From Paramicrosporidium saccamoebae KSL3 (Eukaryota; Fungi; Cryptomycota): a stretch of 32,000 nucleotides of DNA. Each line of letters opens with the position of its first letter. The stretch's first letter is position 1. The stretch is from NCBI GenBank assembly GCA_002794465.1, contig MTSL01000105.1:46790-78789 (forward strand). The letters are read 5' to 3'. This document shows positions 21,643 through 32,000 of the stretch, in pieces. Under the pieces are notes generated by a model. It searched no databases, was not told the origin of the DNA, and worked only from the letters and a program-made list of their open reading frames with translations. The position numbers were made by a program, and so were the translations under genes.

Positions 21643-21830
21643 TTGGTCGGTGATAAAACAGACCTCGCAATATTTATGGATCGAGACTGCTCGGTCGGTG
21701 ATACAGACATAATCCCCGCGCTATTTACGCTACAGAGCGAAACTCCTTGGTTGATGATACAGACATAAACCTCGCCCGTGCTACGGATTAAAACTCCTCA
21801 GTCGTGACTATAAACACAAACCTCCAATAT
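21643..21830. repeat. Degenerate tandem repeat, 3-4 units of about 50 nt
   Basis: Units start at 21643, 21691, 21747 and 21798 (periods 48, 56 and 51). Shared pieces: tYggtYgRtgata, an exact gatacagacataa in units 2 and 3, acctcgc in units 1 and 3, and aaactcct twice. Confidence 0.7.
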
Positions 21831-21860
21831 ATTAAGAGGCATAAATCTATGCGGAAAATT

Positions 21861-24080
21861 CTAAGAAGTGGCGAAATCTTTGGGAGGGGCCCCACCGAGC
21901 ATGTGAGCGTTGCATAAAAAGTCCATCTCGTCTCTATTAAGGATGGCCCGGTAAACATGCAATGGAGTTAATAGGACGGGACGACCAGATGCACGCTCCT
22001 TCGACTCTGGAATCTCTTTGGTGGAGATCTGAATGAGTTTTTCCATAAACGACCGAACTACACTCGTCACCATCTTTACTGCGGGTTCGGAAGCAGGATG
22101 GCCAGGTTGTATATCTTGCACCTTTTGCCTCGTCCACTCTTCCAAATCATTACACTCGGCATTTGCAGGTGTAGATCGTTCGTAATACGACATGTAAGGA
22201 CCAAAACAATCCTGCTTCAGCCTCTTGACAATATCACAATTTTCAGGAAGTAGTTCAAAGCGACTGGTGAGATCGGAGGAAGGGGTTCTTGAAGAAACAT
22301 GAATCTTTCTCGGTCTAATGGAGCAGTTTTTTTGCAAAATCTCAAATTTGTCCTGTGGCAAATGTGCTAGCCCGCAGAATCTACAATACAACAACTTTTC
22401 TGGTGACAAGTCAAGCTCCTCCAATGCCGATGCAAATGCTGCCACTGATGCAGGAGTGTAACCCTTTTCACGACACCAACCGACCACATCCTCTGGTGAC
22501 ATTGAAAATGTGGGAAAGACTCGCATCAGATGATTACACAGAGCAGTTGCTCGATGCATTTCGAGTTGTCTTTGCTGGTCGAGATCCAAACGGAGAAATT
22601 CCTCCATGGAAGATGCGGGGCGATACTTTGTAGAGTCGAATGCACGTTTTCCTCTTTTACCAGCAAGAGGGAAATCATTGACCGCTATTAGTAGCACATC
22701 GTCGTCTGAAACTCGTGCAGTCTTTGATTCAACTTTAGGCAGCACAGCAGAAAGTTCACTGGATCCAAGTTGAAAATCAGTCCTCCTGTCCAGGTCCAAA
22801 TCATGAGCTTGTTCGGCCAGAATAGAATACTTGCCGCTAGGGGCGGTCACCACTCGTAGTAGGTGAACAATCTCCACAGGTTTGTTTCGCGGGTCCCAAA
22901 AATGAATTTGCACTCGGATAGGAAATTCTCCCCATCCTGACCTAACGAGTTCAAAAGGGGCCTCTGTGACGTCAATCACGTCATTTGGGCTATAACTCGG
23001 ATGCAAGAAAAATCGAACGGCTTTGATGAACGACTTGACATCTTGTGATGGGTCCACAGTGCCCTTTGGTGACTTTACATAAACACGCCACTTGTGAGTG
23101 GGGAGTTTTCCATCCGGATTTTCCATCACGGAAGAGCCATTGACATCTCCAGGATCAGCTTTCACTGTTCCTGATTTCGAGACAAGACTTTTTGCAGCGT
23201 TTCCCAATATGATGCGTCGTTTTACATAGTATCGAGATCCCTTGAACGTGGGAATGGCATCTCCATCTCCCGCAGATCCAGGAAGACCGGACCCACTTCC
23301 AACTGGTTCAGGGTCGGCTGTCCCCACATGGATCATTGGCTTTTTCACAAGATCATTAATAGGACCGGTCACATTAGCCCTAATCATTGCCAAGTCCATT
23401 TCCTGTTTTAGTTGCGTCGGATGCTTGTTGAAGTAGTCCTGGGGCACTTCACTGGGATCCTATATAATCAGAAGACTGGCAAAGACTACGGTAATGACAC
23501 CACAACGCTGGAGGCGGTCGTCCTGACTGGAAAACGTCAGTCGACAGTGGATTCTGCAATGGTTCAAGAACCCCAGCATAGAACGGAACAGATCAGAGCC
23601 GCATTTTGGGCACCTCATGCTATCAAGATTAAAGTGCCACAAAGACTAGGTACCGGACAATTGTGCCGTCAGGACGAACTTCGTATTGCGCCTGGGGCTC
23701 CGACTGTGGTCGATCCTTGCTATTCGCGTAGGATACACTACGTGCCCCTCTTCGGCCCGGACTATGTCCAGTTGTATCGCCGGGTGTGGACCTCGCACTG
23801 AGGGTGCCCACACTGTCTCCGCCATAGACAAACTCTAACATAAGAACCCGAAATGACTCGCTGGTATACCGTTAATAATAAGCTTCTCGATCACTTTCAG
23901 TATTTGTCTCCCTCGTTCAAGCTCCTCTTGCAACACCTGTACTTCCCTCCACTTGTGGAGGATTTCCAGGTCCAGCTGATAAGAGAGGACTTTACGTATT
24001 CGCTGCTGAGAAGTCAAATCTGACCCTTCAGTCTGCTCTGTGGGTGAGGTTTCTCTCCTTTTCCGTAAATCATGTGTCAT
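21861..24080 (-). CDS. YEATS2: YEATS2-like protein: N-terminal coiled coil, C2H2-like Zn finger, YEATS domain and C-terminal histone-fold-like region; four exons
   Basis: YEATS motif HKWRVYV...FIKAVRFFLHPSYSPNDVIDVTEAPFELVRSGWGEFPIRVQIHF. Upstream exons carry QLDLEILHKWRE and CPKCGSDLFRSMLGFLNHCRIH. Introns lie at 23835..23869, 23620..23653 and a 30-nt one near 23460-23490. Confidence 0.85.
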
Positions 24081-24252
24081 TTTGTATGCAAGGCTTTTCT
24101 CCCAGTCGATGCGGCGCCTTGGTTAATGTCCAGTGGGCAGCCAATCAGAACCAAGATGAAAACATATCTTTTCTTTTCTTAATCGATCACGAGAGAGGCC
24201 TCTTCTGTGAGAATGTAGTGATTACTGTATTATTACTAACTAGAGGTCGTGT

Positions 24253-27200
24253 TTACATTTGCTCTCCTCCCTGGCGCAACTTTGCTAGGCGCTCTTTTAA
24301 ACTTATAATGGTCGAGTCTTTGCTAGGAGTCCCCTCCATACCCTGGGAAGGGCGGATCGGGGTGCGCGGATTAGCGACGGGAGAGTCTAGCCGATTCCTC
24401 ACTGGGGACATCATAGGCTGATCGGGGGTAGTTTTACAAGACTCATCTCCCACCATTCCACCCTGTCCAAACATGCTCATCTGGATTTTTGCTAGCTGCG
24501 TCTTGTAAGACTCGAGGGAAACTATAGATTAATTCAATGAGATGGTCAGCGTACCTCCAGCTCCTGAAGCATCAGATTCAAGTGGCGCACGAGATAGCTC
24601 AGCTTCAATGTGGGCCAAATTGCGCTTGATATATTTGCAGAAAAAGTTGCCCAGCTTTTCCAGATAAGAATCAATGAAACTGGCTGCATATGGGTGTTGT
24701 CTCTGTAATTCATACAATTCTAAAAGACCTGCCCGTGTATTTGGCTTGGAACAAATTTTGCTGCAAATGTCTTTCAACATGTCCTCCAAAGTTTCAACAG
24801 ACAGCTGGCTAACTGGCTCCTCTGAAACTTGAGCAGGAGGATATCGGAAAAAGTCAAGACCCGAAACGTCGACATTGTTTGCGGACAACATGGCCCGGAT
24901 GTAGGACGTCACAAAACTCTGCTCTGCATTGTCGATCTGGCGAACACTGGGGATTATACGATCACCCAAACTGGTAGCCAGTTCATGAAGGATCGTTTTA
25001 ACTGTGCGAAGAGGGAGGTCTCCCAGAGGAAGGTTCTGGGCAGCGCGAGTCTTCCACTCCATGGGGGGCAATGAACAGAAAAAGTGATGGATATGGCTTA
25101 AAAGCTCGACGACATCGATTGCGCCGCTCTGGATGGTGGTTGCAAGCTGTTTTGTTAGCTTCCAGAGACACTTCATCACATACTCGGAATATTTGTCATC
25201 GCTAGTTGGAGGCACCCTGAATGCTTGCTCCAGCAAACTTAATAGGGCACGATAGCTCTTGTTGTGATCGGCACTCTCGAGACATTTGACCAGGAGGACA
25301 TTGAGAGCCCTTCCCAATTGATCGCGGTCCTCTAATTGCGAGATTTGTCCACTCACCAAACTCAATAGCGTCTCTCGGATCAGCATTGTCAAAGTGGAGA
25401 TTTCAATTTTCGAGATGCAAGTTGGCTCAGCTACGAGAAGAACAAGGGCATTGGTGACGTAACGACAAAGACGGCTCTTCAGAGTAGCATCCATGTCCAT
25501 CATTGTGTGCGTACATTCGTGTAGTCTGACTACCAGGACACTAATTAGTGCATCAATCTTGGGCAGAAGAGTAAGTGGAGTCGCCATAAATTCGTCCAGC
25601 CTTTGTAGTGCGGTGATGCATTCGAGATCCGTACTAGTTCCTATCAACTGAATTACGCGCTCAAGAGGATCCTCAATTGAGGCAGGCTGATAAAAGCTAT
25701 TCATTGTGATCGGGAGAGCGGGTGTTGGAGCGACATTGCCATAGGCGGGTGTTCCGTAGACTGAAGGGATTATCGTCCGCTTGGCAGGCGAGCCAAATTG
25801 TGCAGGATCCAAGGTAAAGACTTGGGGGACTGGATCAGAGACTTGCATTTTCTCTACGGCCTCTTCAAATGGATTGCTCTCCTCTACATCCTCCTCAGGT
25901 GGGAGTGTTTTGTCCTTGAACCTCCGGAGCCTTTCTTGGAACATGTCCAGGTCTTTCTGGGATGTTAGAGTCATGTGTTTGTACAAAGAATCTCCCAAAA
26001 GCTCATGAAGCTGAACAAGGACGTTCAGGGCTGCACTGCGTACATGCGAATCGCGATCAGAGATGACGCCTGCAATCACCGGAATGTGCTTTGGAGCCTG
26101 TACGACCATTAGCCCATTTCTTGAAATCAACACCTCCATTTCGTTTAAGCACTCAACTCGAGCACGGGCACTCTTTGACTTGAGTCCGTCGAGGAGAAAC
26201 ACGAATATCTTGCTAGCCGGGTAGACACGACACAGCTGTCTATAGATTCCACGTAGTCTTCCCTTAATGGGTTCTTTCAGTTCGCCTGCACGCTGCACAA
26301 ATTGGGGTAAAAAACTGGACGCCTCAACTTCGCTCAGCCTAAGATTTGACTCGTCAATGACGCCAAGGGCGTGTTCAATAAGATCAAATGTCTTGATGAG
26401 AACTGAAGTGTTGGTATCAAATAGGCGAATTGTCAAGTATTTCAGGATAAGATCGACGTTGGCGAGAAGGCCTTGTTTCTCATTCCCAGTAGTGATACAG
26501 ACATCGATAGCGGTCATTCCCGAGACTACATCCTTGAAATCTTCACTGAACAGTAGCTTAATTATGACACTGCTCACATTTCCCTGCAGCTGGTTTTTCA
26601 GCAAGTCGCAAAATTCTGAACGGGGCGCATCAAATGTCCATTTTAGTCCACCACGAGATTCCGCATCAATGCGCGCAGCCTTTACTTGAGCATCCTCTAT
26701 GATAAATACTTTTCCGGGTATTTCATTTTGCATGTCGCCTTTCTTTGGTGTCCTACCAGTACCAACACCGGCAGCAGTCTTTTGAGGGGTCTTGGGAATT
26801 GTGGTCGTTTTTGGTTGATGCGAGTCAACAATCTGCTTCATCTGAGATAGTAATGCGGGCTTGGCAGCCTGACAAATTCTGAGCAGAGCATCACCCGGAA
26901 TGTAATCGAGCGACACATCAATAAAGTGGACCGCCGCCTTTCGTACTTCAATGGTACGATCTTGCAAGCAGCCGATGACTGCAAGCATCAATGCATTTCG
27001 CTCCTCGTCTGGACATTTTGTTAGGGAAGCTGGGTTCTCCCCCAGCCAGGTAACAAGCTCTCGACGGAGATTAGGAGACTCTCCAGCCAGAAGTGAAGAT
27101 AAGGCGCTGGCCATACTTCCGAGGGATCCAACAGCCAGTGCGGCCGATAAGAATTTTACAGCGGCTGCCCTAATCTGGGGCTTGTTATCGGCCAAAGTAG

Positions 27201-30069
27201 CTGCGGCTGGTCCAACCACCACGCGCAGCCCCCCATTCTTCTCCAAGGCCGTCCCCATGCCAGCAGCGATAGCACTAGTGAGCTCAAGAGCCTGTGCGAC
27301 AAGATTCTTGTTAGCGTCAGAATAACGTGCTTTGAGCTCGGACAGGAAATCGTCTAGAATTATCAGTGATTCTCAATGAACGCTTACTATTGGTGATTTT
27401 CAGTCGGCTCCCACTTTTACTGACCAAATCCAGCGCCTTGTCCATTGCTTCCTTTCTAATCTTCCAGTTCGGATCGGCCAATTCGCTGATTAGCTCATTT
27501 AGAGCAGCTGTCAAGTCATTCCTGGGAATGATATCTTCCGCTGGGGCCGTGTCAAGATCCATTGGAACACAAGGTCCAGGTTGATTACTGGCTTGGCCAA
27601 TGGACCGGATTTTTTTAATAGGCTTTGGAATGGGCTCTGCTGCAACTTTGGTAAACTCTCCATCAATAATGGACATTTGAGCGGGGGGCAAATCGAGGTA
27701 CATGGACTTGAGGTCATTGCCCAGGTAACAGCGAAGCACGACAGCCATTTTGAGTGCAGCAGTTCGGATCGCGACATTTGAATTTGTAATCCCTGTTTTT
27801 GACAAGGACACTGCGAGCTGGATATCCAGTCCAGATATACCGAAATCGAGGATCGATGAAGCCAGCCAATTGAACAATTCGGTGAGAACTTTAGGGCTCT
27901 TTTGCTTGGAAACCAGACCCTCAAGACACTGACAAACAAATGCTAGTCCAATACTTTCGGTGATGGTGATCAAAAGCAAACTGACTCCCATACCAAGCTT
28001 GGGGTCTGCAAATTTCTCAATAACACTTGGAATAAGAAGCGATGCGGCCTCGGGACTGAATGAATTTTTTTCAGAGAACAATGTGAGAAGGGACAATACT
28101 TTTCCAAGGACTTGGAAATTGCTCTCTTTCCATCCCGGGCTACAGCTGAAGCAACGAACAAGAATTTCAGAATCCACCTCGGCTGGAAAGACAATTTCAA
28201 ATTTCGAGTATATTGATTCAATGGCGCTGACGCGATTCTTCCAGTTTGCATCTGCCAGCCCGGAGATTACCTCCTCGCCAACCAAAGATCTCATAACTTC
28301 CAAAGACCTTTCATTTGAATGACTGAAGCTTAAGGTGGCGAGTGTCTTGGGAGCGGATGGTTGAGGTGGAGGCTTAGCCTTTACAGGTGCATGTACAGGA
28401 GCGGCTACTGGCGCAGGAATGACCTTGGGGATCTCGGGAGCTGAAATAGTGGACTGTGATCCTTTTGAGGTATCAATGACCTTTGCCAGTTTAATTTTGT
28501 CAAGTCTATCAAGAAACGGAGTGACCTGCTTCTCACCACCAACCTTGACCAGAACAGCGAGAACGTTGGCAGCAGCATCACGAACATCGGATGTTCCATC
28601 ATCCATACAAGGAATGACGATATCGGAAATGGTCTTAATTTCCTTCTTTGCTTGCGGCTGGCGGAATGCTCGAGGTAAGGCTCTGCTTATCCAAGCGAGC
28701 GTTTCAGCCTTCACTTGTGGGTTCTTGTGCTTCAAGAAAGGACCATAGGCTTCGGCTAGTTCAGCGGCACATGAAATTGTGTGAATCATTGCATCGAGAG
28801 CTGCACGTAGGGCCTCTGTAACCGTCTTGTTCTTCTCTTTGCACCGTTCCAGGAGTGCGGAAATCACTTCATTCCGATGACATGCAAATCCCTTTCGAAG
28901 CCCTTCGGCTAAAGCAGCTAAACAGTGAGCGTCTGCAGTCACTACAACAACATTGACGTCTGCCAATTTCTATATAGTTAGTACCGAAATGGCCCCACTA
29001 TAATATACCTTGACGAGAATGTTTACCAAAGAGCCGAATTGTCCCTCTTCAATTTTTGGAACTTTTATCACCGCCAACAAAGAATCCAGCGCATCCTTGC
29101 GATCTTTCCATTTGGTCGACTCGAGACCTTCGTAAAAGCCTGCTGGAATTTTGTCGAGCACATTGATAGGATCGCTCAGAGAATACGAGTCAATGATAGC
29201 GGACATTGATCCCGAACTCTCCCCCAGCTCATCACCTAGTGGCATGGCTTGACGCTCTTCTACTCCCCCAGTCGTTGTGGAGTCGGTGGGTTGTTCACAG
29301 CGCCGCCACCGAAGAGGACGCACCGTCCCAGAATCAGGCGCAGTCTTTGTGATTTGGTCCTGTAGCTCTTTTACCTGCACGGGCTTCAGGCCGTCAAAGA
29401 ACGAATTAATAGACGGTCCAATCCACCTCGCCAATTCAAGCACCAAGGATGTACCCTCTGCACGCACGTTTTTATCCGAGTGTTGAAAAACTGCGGGAAT
29501 GTGCTTAATAATGCTCTTCACTCCGGCGGTATTGGCACCAAAGTTACGTACAATTTCAGTCATGGAATTAATAGACGAGGCGACAAGTTTTGGTTGTTTG
29601 TGCGTGACAAACGTGCCCAACTCATTCTACGATTAGATGGGATCGCAGGATTTGAGTGTACCATTACCGGCTCTGCCGCATCAACGGCGACAAATTCGAG
29701 TAAAATCTCTAAAGTGCGACTCTTTGTGCCGCCTCTAGCCGCGCCCAGCCCCTTTTCAATTAATGTTGTCAATACCAATGGTCTCAATCTACAAATCAGG
29801 CGGCAAATGTGGCTATACCTCGTAGCCGACTCTGATAACTCTACAAATGCCTGTAGCGCATTCAGTGCTGCGTCAAGAGCCGCTGCATTGCTTTCCACGG
29901 GCGCCTTCCGCATACTGTCAAAGTGGTCTCGGAACAGTGCGTCCTTTCCAGAGGTGGTCTGTCGGAAGGTGCGCGCCAGCTCCTCATAGGCACTAAGACG
30001 TGCCTTCCAATGCTTATGAGAGAGTCGATCATCAATGGAGAGGGAGCTAAAGTTTTCGTCGTCCTCCAT
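24253..30069 (-). CDS. CKAP5: XMAP215/ch-TOG (CKAP5, Stu2/Alp14 family) microtubule polymerase, five TOG domains, multi-exon
   Basis: TOG starts are visible as HKHWKARLSAYEEL, STKWKDRKDALDSL, DANWKNRVSAIESI, DPNWKIRKEAMDKA and SEDFKDVVSGM. A further HEAT region and the C-terminal SLKERLAKLRQ follow. The track ORFs join through micro-introns, for example 29789..29818. Confidence 0.95.
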
Positions 30070-30289
30070 ACCGCGCTACTCAAAAGCCCGCCAAACGAAA
30101 ATTGTTTACATAAAGTTGAAAGTAGAGACTCTATTGATGAGCGAACTTGTTTTTATAAAAGTATGTGGTTCCTTTATAAGCAGCCATCCTTAATGTCGCG
30201 TAGTGAGGATAAATAGTATGGACTATCAGGCGGAAAGGGGGGGTTTGTTCACTGTTAATCCTAGAATAGTATGGATACACATCTCACTG

Positions 30290-30332
30290 TCCTCAAATAC
30301 CCAACCAATCAATCCTCTACCTCTACGTCACA
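30290..30332 (-). repeat. Dispersed intergenic repeat, copy C (with an internal 6-nt gtagag duplication)
   Basis: The reverse complement reads tgtgacgtagag-gtagag-gattgattggttgggtatttgagga. It aligns to 31945..31977 with 2 mismatches over 33 columns plus the 6-nt duplication. Confidence 0.8.
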
Positions 30333-30470
30333 CTTAATATGACAGGGACGAATCGTGGGATCGCTATCTGGGTCAAACTTCCTAATGACCAGTGGATGCT
30401 GCTTAAAAGACTCTTTTAACTCCGGCCTCAAATAAATACCCTCCCAGTTTATAAAATTTCCCTCGCCGAC

Positions 30471-31775
30471 TCAGCTCAGAGTCGGCGATACAGATTTTAT
30501 TGCTATAAGAGCCATATTCCTGGGACTGTGGCTCGGATCGAGAACTGCTTGGAGGCTTACTTTGGCCGAGGGGAGGAGCTCTTTAATGTAATGATATCGA
30601 TCACAGAGAATGGTGGCCTCGACGACAGGTCCAAGGAGCGCCCGCATCGACCACATGAACGCCAACAGCTTTTCAAGATGTCGGTGTGACTCGTAGAGAA
30701 GATCAAGTTCTGAAGCATCAGGAGGAGGAATATTTAAATTGTTGAATCCGCATGTGGCATATTGTGAAAATGATTCCAACGCGGAATCAGGAATATTTCC
30801 GACTTTGGTCTCGACCATGCAATCGCCAACAAATTTTTTAACAGCCAATTCTAACAGGGCGCGATAAAAGTGACGCCTGAGAAAGTTTTTCGTTTTCTGA
30901 GGCCGCAGTCCCCATCTGGAAGGTGCTTGGCAGGCAACCATCTTCATATTCCTCGTCAGGGGAATACTAATATTACTAGAAACTCTTTTGGACATTGGAA
31001 AGTGTTGACCTGCCAAAGTTTCGTCGATTAGATTGTAACAGCAGGCAACATTAAACAACACTGACGCACTACAATTGCAAAAGATCTGTACCATACTCTC
31101 AGATAAAGATCCACAAGCATGCAGTGAATACATCAAATAGTCACCGTGCACAGAATCTGGACACATCATTTTGTCAATCTCATCACCTGATTTGTCGGCA
31201 CTGAGATATACTTGCCTCAGATGAAGACGAGCCTTTGCATCCCCAGCATCTTGAAGACGAGTGATGGTGCCATGTACCTGGATGTCAGAACACTCGACTG
31301 CAACAATGGTGTAGTCTTCATTCATTTTAAGCAGCTCCATTGCCAGATATCCCTGCCCTGCGCCGACATCGACTGCAAGGTTAAGATTTTCGCGTTTCAT
31401 TAGTTCACACAGAGTACTGCTTAATACCTCCACTTCATAAGACTTTTTTTGTTTGACGTTGCGTCGCTTATCCGGATCCGAGTACGCTTTTTGCGGCGAA
31501 TGGTGCAGAAATGAGCATTTGTAACAATCGCGAGCAAACTTTTCAACTGGACAGGAGGGTACGGCTGATTTTAGGGAGAGCAAGTCGATAAAACCATCGG
31601 CATAGTCGTCGTCAGGCGTGCTTTCAGCAAAAATCCTCCAAGGTTCAGGTATTTTGTCACACAGACTCCAGTAATTAGCCGTGATAAAGTCAACAATACG
31701 AAATTCAGCCAGCCAAGCGTACTCGCATAGCAGCTGTAAGGCCTCCTCTAAAGGGAAATCCTTTGCAACATCCAT
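30471..31775 (-). CDS. METTL25/RRNAD1-like SAM-dependent methyltransferase (Methyltransf_32), single exon
   Basis: KQKKSYEVE, SAM motif VDVGAGQGYLA, SLHACGSLS, NVACCYNLI, MVACQA, HFYRALLE, LGPVVEATILCDR and DPSHSPRNMALIA. The first ATG is at 31775. Confidence 0.85.
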   Translation of the reverse strand: MDVAKDFPLEEALQLLCEYAWLAEFRIVDFITANYWSLCDKIPEPWRIFAESTPDDDYADGFIDLLSLKSAVPSCPVEKFARDCYKCSFLHHSPQKAYSDPDKRRNVKQKKSYEVEVLSSTLCELMKRENLNLAVDVGAGQGYLAMELLKMNEDYTIVAVECSDIQVHGTITRLQDAGDAKARLHLRQVYLSADKSGDEIDKMMCPDSVHGDYLMYSLHACGSLSESMVQIFCNCSASVLFNVACCYNLIDETLAGQHFPMSKRVSSNISIPLTRNMKMVACQAPSRWGLRPQKTKNFLRRHFYRALLELAVKKFVGDCMVETKVGNIPDSALESFSQYATCGFNNLNIPPPDASELDLLYESHRHLEKLLAFMWSMRALLGPVVEATILCDRYHYIKELLPSAKVSLQAVLDPSHSPRNMALIAIKSVSPTLS

Positions 31776-31890
31776 GAAGGAAATCCCTGGAACGGCAACC
31801 AAAATGTGATACCATCATGAATGCCACTATTTTGTCTGTATGGCTATGGATCTAAGACTATTCTGTCTACAGAGTCGGGGGGTTTGGAAG

Positions 31891-31945
31891 TCCTCGCTTG
31901 TAACGCCGTGGATTTAGTAGTACTCATTTGTAACGTCATGGAATT
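31891..31945. repeat. Degenerate 30-nt tandem duplication abutting repeat copy B
   Basis: tcctcgcttgtaacgccgtggattt vs tactcatttgtaacgtcatggaatt, 19/25 identical at period 30. Confidence 0.6.
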
Positions 31946-31977
31946 GTGACGTAGAGGGTTGATTAGTTGGGTATTTG
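31939..31977 (+). repeat. Dispersed intergenic repeat, copy B
   Basis: tggaattgtgacgtagagggttgattagttgggtatttg; 31/33 to copy A and 31/33 to copy C. Confidence 0.85.
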
Positions 31978-32000
31978 TGTGCTAGAGTGGATCGCTTTGC

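Noticed and set aside
21643-21830. CRISPR-like repeat-spacer array
   Set aside because: The context is eukaryotic, the units are degenerate along their whole length with no identical repeats or unique spacers, and there are no cas genes.
30237-31886. GGGGGGTTTG near both repeat copies C and B
   Set aside because: It has the same strand orientation although the repeats are inverted, and it is low complexity, so it is not part of the element.

Overview
This is gene-dense eukaryotic nuclear DNA, not prokaryotic. It holds about 20 recognisable protein-coding genes, mostly split by very short (about 30-45 nt) GT-AG introns. Many intergenic gaps are under 200 nt. In order: SUMO (3' part), an LSm-fold Mak31/Naa38-like gene, a CitE/CLYBL-like lyase, Ubp6/USP14, Mic60, enolase, a DysF-domain protein, Imp4, THOC1/Hpr1, a twin-CX9C Mic19/CHCHD3-like gene absent from the ORF track, LETM1/Mdm38, a Pcl-type cyclin, an STN1-like OB-fold gene, a CDK5RAP1/MiaB methylthiotransferase, a fungal-type GPAT (Sct1/Gpt2), Jip5/WDR55, Mrp10/mS37, a YEATS2-like gene, a five-TOG XMAP215/ch-TOG, and a METTL25/RRNAD1-like methyltransferase. 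Compaction, micro-introns, fungal-type GPAT and cristae/mitochondrial-translation genes suggest an early-diverging fungal relative, for example Rozellomycota such as Paramicrosporidium or Mitosporidium. That assignment is inference and was not checked by a search. I found no tRNA, rRNA, CRISPR array or transposase, and no clearly new multi-gene system. The best leads are a 33-43 nt dispersed intergenic repeat in three copies (two form an inverted pair around the METTL25-like gene), the hidden Mic19-like gene, several transition-dominated tandem duplications in intergenic DNA (one spanning the STN1 start), and unusual micro-intron configurations. All exon structures were worked out by eye and need RNA-seq confirmation.
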